From: Bugula neritina
Lineage: Eukaryota; Animalia; Bryozoa
DNA: 64,000 nucleotides
Direction of reading: 5' to 3'
Assembly (NCBI GenBank): GCA_964035545.1
Contig: OZ037767.1
Location: forward strand, 5,162,707 to 5,226,706
Shown one piece after another: positions 25,782-54,400 of the stretch (its first letter is position 1; each line of letters begins with the position of its first letter). The notes below the pieces were generated by a model. The model was not told where the DNA came from, did no database searches, and saw only the letters and a program-made list of their open reading frames with translations. Both the position numbers and the translations under genes were made by a program.

Positions 25782-28664
25782 ATGAAAATGGTAAGCTTAT
25801 ATTCATATTGAAATTGCTAAACCTTTGGAAAAATTTTATTTTGGAACCTAAATTTGTCTAATGCTATATCTTCCTTTTATAGGATTTAGAAAGTCTAATA
25901 GAAGTAACAGAGGTGGTTTTACCATACTTGGTGCCACTGGTCTTGCTGTTGTTCTCTGTATCTCTGTGGAGTTACTATGTCAATAATACGAAGGATACCT
26001 CCAGTTGCTTGCCTCTTCCACCAGGATCCGTGGGTTTACCTTTTGTTGGTGAAACCATCAGCATGATCTTCAAGGTAAGTTTGCTTGTCTTAAGATGTTT
26101 AGAAAGGCTTGAAGTTAGGTAAAGATTCAACTTATCCAAATAGATGTGACAGGTCTAAACTTTCAGTTTTTTACTGTAGGGATTTGATTTCTATCGACAA
26201 AAAAGAGAGAAGTATGGACACGTTTATAAGACACATGTTCTTGGAAAGCCAACTATTAGAGTTTGGGGAAATGAAAACATAAGAAAAGTTTTGGATAATG
26301 AAGAAACTTTAGTTTCTATGGCCTGGCCTACTTCAGTCAAGGAAATCATGGGCCGAAATGGACTCGCTACTTCTACGAGCCAATTGCATTCTGCAAGGCG
26401 TTCTGTCATTATGAATGCTTTTACAAATACTGCTATCAACGGTGAGAATACTAACAAAAAATTGACGCATTTCTTTTCACCATTCAATAATAATCTTTTT
26501 GTGCATTGAATTAGTTTTTTTGAACAAAATGATGTTGAAATTTCAGGTTATGCAACTGGAATGGAGAGAATAATATCCAACCATATTAGTGACTGGTGTA
26601 ACAAGGGTCAAGTCATGGCTTTAACTGAAAGTCGGAAGTTAGCGTTCCAGGCTACAGCAACCATGCTGTTGGGGTGCGATACATCACCGACACAAATGAA
26701 CGCAATGATGACCAACATGGAGGTGATGGTGGAGAACTTTTTTACCCTACCCGTTGACTTGCCAGGATTTGGCTTCCATAAGGTGAGTTAATACTATATT
26801 GCACAGTAAGTTAAACTGTATCTACCAAAAGTATACACAATTTTAGCTGATTCATCGATTGCCAAATCAAGTCTTGAAAAATAGAGATTAATATAACGTC
26901 ATGTCATTGTAATCAGTAATTTTTCTTATAATTTATTACTAGATTTGAATGGCTTTCTTTCAAGGTCAAATAAAACTTATGAAAAGATGTAGATTATGAT
27001 TTGGTTGGTTTTAATAGAACCAAGGCTAAATAAAAGCCAAGAGTTTTATATGAACACTAAATGCTTGTTAGTAGAAAATAAGGTTATGACTTGTGAAAAG
27101 TACTTAGCTACAATGAGAACTAGTTTGTTTGGTATGCGTGACAATTCTAACCTGATAATACTCATTTTTGCTTCCTTTATTATCTAGTAAGTGATATGGA
27201 TTAATTTACCTTAAACTTTATTGCCTTAGGCGATGAAAGCAAGAAAACAATTGCTCACATTGTTGGATGAAATCATAGTGAAGCAGCATAAGACAGATTC
27301 AACAACAGATGCTATATCAATCTTGAGAGAACAGGTTGACAATGGTGATTTGACTGTAGAGGAACTGAAAGACTCCATTATAGAAATGCTCTTTAAAGCT
27401 TATCATGGTATGTTTGGCAAAGCCTGCATGCTCATTAATACATGTTGCACTATTATGTTCATGGCAGCTAAATTATATAACAGATATTGTCTAACATGAC
27501 AACTTGATTAGTAAAAATAGTTTAGACTTTAGCCCATAGCTGCTGGCTATAGATTGAATTACACTATCAAAGGATCTGTTACATAACTTGGCTTGGCTGG
27601 GGAGAGATTGGTTTCCTTGCAAGAATAAGCCTAACAGAATAGTCTAATCAGATTTGTGTCTAAGTTGCTAGGTGACCCCAGCTAAATTGTAGGGGTTTTA
27701 AAAGATTTCATGTGATGGAATTGATTACTTTGAACAAAACTATTGTATATTTCAATTTGAAAACTGTGTATTAATAACCATTATTAGCAAACTGCTTATA
27801 TAATATAATCTCTGCTTATTGTGAAATGTTTTTGTGTGTATTTAGGTATGAGCTCACTGTGCTGTTCCACATTCATCGAGCTGGCCAGACATCCAGAAGT
27901 AACAGAGAAAATAGTGACCGAATTGGACAAAGCGGACCTAATGCAAGGAAATCTGCCCCTTGATAAACTTGCCACTATGCCATATCTCCAACAAGTGTGT
28001 AAGGAGTTGCTCAGATTTGCGCCTCCGTATGGTGGTGGATTCCGACAAGTGCTCAAAACTTTTGAATTGGAGGTAAGATAGAGTGTCAGCTTCAGAATAT
28101 AGAGTATTTCCTTATAATAAACTGTAGTGTGTATTGCTAGATGGAAATACAACTATTACAGTGGTTACTAATGACATATTAGAGTTGAGTCAAGTACAGA
28201 TAATTTCTCATAAGCACAAACTTTTTGCAATGAGTTGCGTAGGGTAGAAGTTTTGCAAAGAAAAACCATTGAAGTCATTTCAACTCAAATAGCGTTTGTA
28301 ATGCATTAATAATTTAACTTTTTAGGGCTACCAGATTCCAAAAGGATGGACAGTGTTGTACAGCATAAGAGATCAGCATGAAGTAGAGGAGAATTTCACA
28401 GGTGCCAGAACATTTAACCCCGACAGATGGGCCACAGGAAAGCAGAATGACAGTTATATACCATTTGGGGGCACTGGTATCCGCAGCTGTGTTGGTGAGA
28501 AGTACATGCTAATGTTCGTACAGTTGTTCGTGGCTCAAGTTTCCAGGAGCTGCCAGTGGGAGCTGCTTGACATCAATACTCGGTCTACACATTTCCCAGT
28601 TCAACTTCCTACGAATGGCCTTCCTTTAAACTTTACTGCTAGTTACAGAAAATCTAAGGTGTAA
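25782..28664 (+). CDS. CYP26: Cytochrome P450, CYP26 family (480 aa), with divergent catalytic motifs
   Basis: Exons 25782-25790, 25883-26074, 26180-26441, 26547-26782, 27230-27407, 27846-28072, 28326-28664 (1443 nt). N-terminal TM anchor, then LPLPPGSVGLPFVGET, KYGHVYKTHVLGKPTIRV, WPTSVKEIMG, KELLR (ExxR), PPYGGGFR..LKTFELEGYQIPKGW.V.YSIRD, FNPDRW, and heme motif PFGGTGIRSCVG. Confidence 0.9.
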
Positions 28665-29540
28665 CTAGGCAGTCTTAATTTTAGCAATTAGACAAATCAT
28701 TCCATTATTGGAACTATGCTTTTTATATTATATTTCCATGCTGTAAAAATAATCTATACGGCATTCTAACATTTTATTCTATCGAATATTTAATAAATTG
28801 TATTACTTTTAGTCTATGCAAACTTGTAAATTTTGTACATTTTTCAACTTCAGTCACTTATTGTTATATATTCTAATAATAACAATATTTACATCATAAA
28901 ATTTCTTATTTTATTTGATATACAGAGCTCAATGAACACATTTTAATGCAGAAAAAAGTTATAGAATGGCCAGTATACAATTATATACACACGAACAGTA
29001 AAACAGTTCCATAAAATGACAGAAATATTGAATACGTAATATATTTGTGTATAGAGCTTCGAATAGTTGATCTGGTGTCGTCCAATCAATAACAAAATTG
29101 ATTGAACTAGTTTTAAAATAATAAACTTAAAATTGCTTAACCACACCTTTGAAGAAAATACTGAAAAGAAATACAGATTTTGAGCTTGTTGTTGTAATAT
29201 AATTATCAGAGAACACGTCACAGCTTAGCTATAAGAAGGACCTGACACTTCATTGACACCTCAATGACCGGCTTACCTACATTTCCTTATAAAAGCCGCC
29301 AGTACCTGAAATGGTGCTTACCTATACATAACTAAAACAAATGCATACAACTTGCTATATCACGTTTAGTTCACAGGGCCTACAAAAATTACGAATAGAG
29401 ATCTTTAGCTCAAAACAAAAAAAATTCTGAAAGAACAATCACTGAAGGAAACCCCATAAGCTTATCTAAACAATATAGAATACAGAATAAAATAGAAATT
29501 CAAAACCAACTGAATATACTCGTATTACAAAATTATAGAA

Positions 29541-46439
<16,899 letters not shown>

Positions 46440-47057
46440 GGTTGATAAAAATTAGCAAATTTAATATAAGAGCTAGAAGTAAACGATAGATCTTAGTATA
46501 AAATCCAATGGGTTTTTGCAAAAGCTTTCTATCAGCATGGACGCTGTTTATATTTCGAAGACGCACCCCTTAGCAACCTAAAGAAAGTTCTCGAAACTTG
46601 TCTAAATTCAGCATGTTTTTGCTGAAATTCTAATGATATTACTAAAAATAAGTTAAAACAAGTATTAAAATAATTTGCTGTAAATTGCAATTGTGTTAGA
46701 ATAACTAATTTGCTTGAATGAGGAAAGTTTAAATTTTAAATGTATAAAAAATAATTGAGTCTTCAAAATGTATTTACTACGAGCCTGCTGTTCTAACTTA
46801 GACATCGATTTCATGACAGTTTTACATAAACGCTCAAAATCTAGGTATCAATGGTACCCTGGATACTATTGCCGGAGAGCCCAGACTATAATTTTTATGT
46901 TTGCCCCACATTACCCATCGTAGTAGTTAATAAACTTAACTTTATGGAAACTTGGCTAAAACTAGTTAGCACGACACACCAAAATAACATATATCAAATA
47001 ACTGAGACGAAAATATTTTCGGGTACCAAGTGTAACCTTGGTCACCAAGGTGTAAAG
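46440..47057. promoter_or_regulatory. Bidirectional promoter of DNAAF2 and SPATA17 with X-box (RFX)-like motifs
   Basis: 618 bp between the divergent ATGs. CCTTAGCAAC half X-box at 46568-46577. GTAACCTTGGTCAC at 47032-47045. YY1-like AAGATGGCG over the SPATA17 ATG. Confidence 0.65.
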
Positions 47058-50000
47058 ATGGCGACTATGGTCAACTTGTTTAAGTCTGTGACTCCAATAG
47101 TTAAAGAGGTTTATAGCCAGAAAAAGTAAGAGCAACTAAATAATTGTATTGTAATCAACATTGTTGAGCGTTTTTTTACTACAAATTGACCTTGTTTAGC
47201 AACTACAAGTGCAATAACAATCACAATGGCATTTGGCTTTGCTCAACAGTCAAACTCCAAGTCAAACTCAATCACAATGTGAATGTTGAACTTGAAATCA
47301 GAAAGTGATACCCATAGTCATTGAACATAATGATCGACATTTTGAAATTTCAATTTTGATTATGATAATTAATCATTATTCTTGTGTAATGATGAGTTGC
47401 ACAAGCTGTTGAATTAAAGTCAAAATATATACCAAGTCTAATGCAAAATATTTGAAATTTTATATATTATACTTCATAAATTATAATGCACCAATTACCA
47501 ATGTCAGGTAACTTATGTCATATACTAAAATTTTAAGTGGAAGTTGTAGTTTATTGATTCATTTGCAATTTTTTCAAAATTATTTGCTAATCTAAAAAGC
47601 AGGCTTGATAAGATATGCATACATTATTGTAGTTCTGCTGAAGTAAATAGAGTGCAGGAGTATGAAGCAGCAGTGAAAATACAGTCATGGTACAGAGCAC
47701 TAAGGGCCAGAGCTTACCTTAGATATATTATAGATTGCTCAAACATTATACAAAAAAGATTCAGAGGTTTTCAGGGAAGGAAACAGTTTCGAGTCTATCT
47801 CAAGGTATTGAGCTATTTATATATTCTAATGATCATTGCTCGCTACATATTTTAATTAGAGGATGTTTTTGTCAATTTCTGCTTTTTTTTGCAGTTAATA
47901 TATGTTTCAATTTTCTAGCATTTTGATAATATGATCAATTTGCTTCCTTCTTAAAATTCTCTAATGAAATGCATTACATGAAAATGAATTATATAGAGTA
48001 AAAACAGCAATATGTTATAAATTCACTGTGTAAAACTAATACACTTCAAAAATTCGCTCTTTTTGGTGAGAATCGGAGAATATCGAAATTTCTCAACGGT
48101 GTGCAAACATTGATTTTGCAAGATATAATAGTTGAATCATCAACTAAGTTTTGTTGATATTAATTTATTTCACCTAATAAAGTACATCTCTTGCTGATTA
48201 TATAACTATAATAAAACACGTGAAACTAAAATGTGAACAATTCATAAGAAACCAGCTGATGATTCAATGCCATTACCTAGCACAGCTGAATCTATTAAAA
48301 TAAATGTAAACTTGTAAACAAGCTATATTATTATACAATGTATGGTATTTCATATAGCTATTGTTATTACAGGACTATATAATATAATTATGGTGTATAA
48401 AAGTCAATGAGTTACATTTTAAAAATATTTTAGAATGAGGTGTTTTCAATGAAACTGAATCATTACAATAGCCTAGCTACTAAAATCCAGAAGGTATGGA
48501 GAGGCTTTTATGTTCGAAAGTACATCTTCAACTACTATAGTTTCAAGAGGTATCTCAGTGGACTGCTTATTAAAAATGAAACGATCAGGTAAAAGAAGAC
48601 AATTTCTAGTAGCCTCTCACTTTTCATTTAGTAAATAGATATATTATGTTGTCTGCTATTTTTATTTAAACTTAGGTTTTGAGACTTTAAACCCACATTT
48701 ATAGTTATTATTTCAGATAATATGTATTGATATTTTTTTGGTGAAATAATATTGATGTGCACTTTGATGATGTTTTAGAGAAACGCTGGCGTCATACAGA
48801 GAACAACAGCAACAGGAGAACCTCTATGAAGAAACTAAAGCTCATAGAGAGGCCAAAGAAGCCTGGCTTCGAAAACATCACTACTTGGTAAAAGAATTCC
48901 TAGAATTTTATTCAAAGCTTTAACACTTGACTTATGTTCAAAACAGTTTTGCATAATTAGAATAGTATTAACATATTAATAATATAATATATTAAAAGAT
49001 TACGAATATAGTGATGGTGTATTACTATTTGCATTGTTAATATTTTTAGGTTAGCACTGCAGTAGTTCCAGGCATATATAACTCCCCATTCCTTCCCTAC
49101 CCCTCAGAAGTTGAGCATAGTCTACGGAGTACAAAGCCTTTTGATCATGTCAAACATGTAGACACCCGACCCAAATATAATCCGTCTGCAACTAGATATG
49201 ACACACCTACACCCAAATGTACTTCTTTACCTCCTCTTCAAAAGAAACCACAAGTAAGCTTGATTATAGCATATTATTTCAACTTCATTTGTAGCACTGT
49301 GTGTGCCAAATGCATTCTGATAACTTATTTTCGCTTTGTTGAACTGACAAAAATTAAGCTTTTGCTGTGGTTTTAGACACAATTTTTAAAGCTATTATTT
49401 TTTCTTTTTCAGGGTCCTTTCCGACTACCAGAAGAGGTTAGAAAGCAGAGATACAGACCTTTCAACCCATCACTAAGAGTAGAGACATCATACACATCTG
49501 TGGAGGAAGCCAGAGAAGCCATGAAACGGAAAGAGTGGGTGGAGAGAGTTATTGACACACCGTGAGTTCAGTTTCACTTCTCAATTTAACTGACTAATTC
49601 ATCAATCAAATGTACTATAATTAAAGGTAGGCAATTAGGCGACTAAATAATAATACAAATAGTAAGCGAAATGTATTAATCATGGCTAACTAACCAACTG
49701 AGTAGACAACGTCAAACTAATTGATTTAAACTAGTTATATGTTGAATTAATCAGTTAACCATGTAATTAACTACCAAAGTGATGACTTGGTACCAAACTA
49801 GTTGACTGTAGGTAACTGAGTTACAAGCTAACTAACTAATTGACTGACTAACTAATAAGGACTACTATGAAACTATAGCAGTAAAGAAAAAATCATTCTG
49901 ATACTATTTTGTTTATAATATAATGTTAATATCTCCTGGCTCAATATTTAGGGTTGATATACTGATTTCAAAATCCACAAAAATACTCCCTAGAACTTCT

Positions 50001-50700
50001 AAAATCACAAAAGAATTTCAATAATAACTTTTGCTTGAAAAATTATGTAAACGTACTTGAAGTAATAAAAATCGCATAATGTATTTACAACATAAGTGCA
50101 ACACATGAGGGCTAACTCAAGATATATATTGTAGATTCAAGCCATTTACACATAGACATAGAGAATATGAACCACTACATCACACTAAAACTGAATACGG
50201 CCATATAGTCTATGGAAACGCATACTTCAGAGAAGAACATCTCGACAAGTTTGTCACCAGTCAGGTTAGTTATAAACTGTGTGTGAGTAACAGAGTTATG
50301 AATTATTGCAATGTATGCATATAACAAATATAATTGCATGGATTCTACTTTATTATATAGAGATTACTAATGCTTACTTCAAGAACTTTCAACAGGAATA
50401 AGTACTAAATTAGTGTACAACATAAAATAGTTAGTCTGTAGCTTTATCTAGAAGTGTATCATGAAAGTATGAGTTTTAGAAATATAGTTTTCACTCCAAT
50501 TTACTCTAGATGGTGTTCTACAATTATTAAAATCGACAATAAATCAATAAAAAGTAATATTGAAAAACATGAGACAATCGATTATGATTGCTAGAATACT
50601 TAAGTACTGGCCATATTTTGTTTAGCCAATGAAGACTGTGGTACCACCCATACCAATATTTGATAAACTGAACTGTACATATTCACAAGGAGAAGTGTAA
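47058..50700 (+). CDS. SPATA17: Spermatogenesis-associated protein 17 (IQ-motif ciliary/flagellar protein, 353 aa)
   Basis: Exons 47058-47125, 47633-47804, 48434-48588, 48779-48887, 49050-49253, 49413-49561, 50135-50264, 50626-50700 (1062 nt). Three IQ motifs (AVKIQSWYRA, IIQKRFRG, ATKIQKVWRG), RKYIFNYY, HYLVST..VPGIYNSP, KPQGPFR, QRYRPFNPSLRV. Confidence 0.9.
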
Positions 50701-51472
50701 ACGGCCACCTCCCTCAAAGTCTCTATTTTATGCACATTATAGAATGAACCAGCTCTAATTTTACCTTTGTTACAAACTAATGTGTTTTGTTTTACTTATT
50801 TGCATGTACACAGCGTTGACATTCAATATGATTATGTAACGAGAACCAAAACGTTTTTAATAAAGATATCACATTATACAAAATTATTATGTAATTTGAT
50901 ATGTTATAATTATTATGTCATGCAAATTGTAATCCTTATTATGTTGAATCGTACATGGTTATATTATTTTCTGATTATCAGCTCATTTTGTTACTTGTGA
51001 TTTTTAGTAGCACTTGCTAAAATCAACACAAATATAAGCATATGTTTTTAAAAAGGAAGACAATGCTGGCGACAATACAATAATTACGACTAGTAAATAC
51101 CTTTTATTTTTGCCCAATTATATTATTTATATTACCAAAATATATTGTGCATTTTTCATTATAAAATAGCAATTTTTATCAATAAATATACATACCTATT
51201 ATACCAGTATATATTTGTTAAGTGAATTCATAAAACAATTATAGTTTATTATATATAAGTTTATGCAGATTTCCTACATTATAAAACTTCTATACTTATC
51301 TACTCAACAGCTGTTACGCAATCATCAAAGAAAATGTATCATAGCAAACTTCAACTCAACATTTTAAGAAAATTATCATCATTATTATTATTAAGAAAAT
51401 GACCATGTGAATATGAGAAAACAAATGCATTATAAGTAACACATTGTTGAAGCATGCAGTAATAATTTTCCT

Positions 51473-54400
51473 TTAAGCAATAGCTTTAAATGATAAGGAA
51501 AACCCTCTCCATGTTTCACTTTTGTCACTCTTGAGTTGTAAGAACAGATAAGGTCCTCCAGTCATTGTAAGAGAGGGGATGTCCTTGCCACATAGAAATA
51601 CTAGTAACAGAGTTATATATAGTAGTTGAGAGTATATAGTAGTAGATAGTATATAGTAGTTGAGAGTATATAGTAGTAGATAGTATATAGTAGTTGAGAG
51701 TATATAGTAGTTGAGAGTATAATATAGTAGTAGAGAGTATATAGTAGTAGAGAGTATATAGTAGTAGAGAGTATGTAGCAGTAGAGAGTATATTATAGTA
51801 ATAGATAGTATATAGTAGTAGATAGTATATAGTAGTAGAGAGTGTGTAGTAGTTGAGAGTATAATATAGTAGTAGAGAGTATATAGCAGTAGAGAGTATA
51901 TAGTAGTAGAGAGTATATAGTAGTAGAAAGTATATAGTAGTAGAGAGTATACAGTAGTAGAGAGTATATAGTAGTAGAGAGTATATGGTAGTAGGTATAG
52001 TATACAGTAAGAGTGTAATATAAAAGTTATGAACATTTTGCTTATTTAGTAATTCACAATAGTTGCTTGTTTAAATTATGAGCTCAATGCAAACAAATAT
52101 CAAACTTCATATAAAAATTAATTTAAAAGGTCAAGTTTGGAAAACACATGTAATTATATGCTTATTTGTTGTATGAAATAAGTTCTGAGCTGCTTTGAAA
52201 CTTGACTCACTCGTGCGAAGACGGTTGGGGTCATAAACTTTAAGCTGGTCATTCTCGCATATCCCTGACACTTTCGACTCCAGTTCAAAGTCATTCCATT
52301 TAATACGAATTTGTCTACCAAACTCTAAATAAAGTAGGTGCTTCAAATACAAAGAGTGAAAATGTTTCATATAGCGATTTTAGGTAAAAATGGCACTGGT
52401 AGTAGTGGCACAGGTAAAAATGGCACTGGTAGTAGTGGCACAGGTAAAAATGGCACTGGTAGTAGTGGCACAGGTAAAAATGGCACTGGTAGTAGTGGCA
52501 CAGATAATAATGGCACTGGTAGTAGTGGCACAGATGGAAAGTAGGTGAAAATAGCAAACTGGTGTTAAATTTTCCCAAACCCCAAACCCCCAACTCCAAA
52601 CTCAAACCCTCGTCTCCAAACCCAAACCCCCAACCCCTGAACCCCAACTATAAACTCAAACCCTCATCCCCAAACCCCCAACCTAAACCCTAATATTGAA
52701 AATGTGCCACTTTACCTACTTTGCCACTTGTGCCAATTTTACCTGTGCAATTATTACTGGACACCCATTATATAGGCATAGCTAATGGTAAGTAACTGCG
52801 TTTAAACAGAAGACTGATTTGCAGAACAAATTTAGTAGGAATGTTAGTGTATTGAGGAAATAAGCCAATTTTATGAAACTTTCTTTCATAAAAGCCATAC
52901 TTTAACCCAAAAAAAGTTGATAAATAACACTGTGCAACTATGCAATGCATGTAGCCGTGTTTATTAAACTGTGAAAACGTTCAGTTCAATTTTTTGAGAA
53001 TTGATAACTAGCTTTTCAAAAAAATTTAATTTACAAAAATAACATCAATTTCTTTGCAGCAGATAGCTGCATTCTAACAAACAAAAAATTTCTGTTCCCT
53101 CGAAACACTATTTTTGTGGCCAAAAACTAAAAACAATTTTGATATGTACAACTGACTAGGTATATAAAAAGCCAGGTTTTGGATAGTCTTACAGTTTTGA
53201 AACATTAAAAATGATTCTTAACTTACTTATATAGGTCGTAACAAGCATTCTCAAATATGTAAGCATACAATTATTCTAGATGTACGGCCAATGCTTTATT
53301 CAACACATAGCATGAAATCTATATATAATACTTTAAACATTACTGGAGACGTCAATCATCCAGCCGCACTTGATATTGTTCTCGTAGCTTTCAGGGTATC
53401 CAACAGAGGAAACATTTCCTTCTGCAGCTTCAATAATCTTATAACCACCAGCACATGGGTCTACAGTAGGAGGGTCTCTACCATCAGGGCAGTGAGACTC
53501 TGTAATATGTGTGTGACAAGTTTAAATAGTAGTGGTTATATAATATACTTCATTTACAAATGGGATTACATAAAAATATAGGCTGTACCCCAGAAGTTGG
53601 GACTTTTGTATAATGTAGACATAGTGAATAAAACAGGCAAGAGTGCTCAATCTCAGGATACATGAGTATTGTATAAAAATATTATAACACAGTTTGTATA
53701 ATATAATCTTCTTTTGAAATTTTCTCTTTATCGGCACTGTGTATCCGCTATATGACTAGCGTTTTTAAAATGAATAAACTAGTTTGAGTTACAAAGCTTT
53801 TTTCGTATAGGCCAAAAATTTATCTTCCACAGATAAGTGTATAAAGAGTACATAAAACTATTTGATACAAAACAAAGCCGTAATACTCATAATATTCTTA
53901 ATAAACACATATCATGTTGTACAGTATAAACAATTTAATATAGTGAATATATAAAACTGCATAAAAATTTGGTGTACTTGCACACAACACAATGCTATGT
54001 TAAGTATGACAGTCAGTTAATCTTGTGGAGACTAAATTGAAGAGAATGACATTTTAGAAAATATGGTGGGGTTTCGCAACATCTGCTCATGTAGCAGTGT
54101 GGAGTATGTTGTACTGTCATACCTCCCCCCTCCCTCCCTCCCCCTCCCCCTCTTGTCTTGTAGAAAGAGAATTTGGTATCACAACTCCTCATTGCTGAAT
54201 GAGTAGGTACTGCATTTATCTCTACATGACATCATACATACAAATCATCTAATCTATACATCCCATGTTTGTCTACGTAAGCAAGAAATATTCACATTTA
54301 GCCTAGGGCCACACGGTGCGTATTTTCGCATGCGAACATTGAAACCACAAGTAGCAAAGGTGTCCACTGTGCGCGTTGAGAAAACATTCGCGTTGAGAAA

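Noticed and set aside
52338-52544. ORF with GKNGTGSSGT repeats
   Set aside because: Antisense translation of the 30-bp array in a CUB-gene intron.
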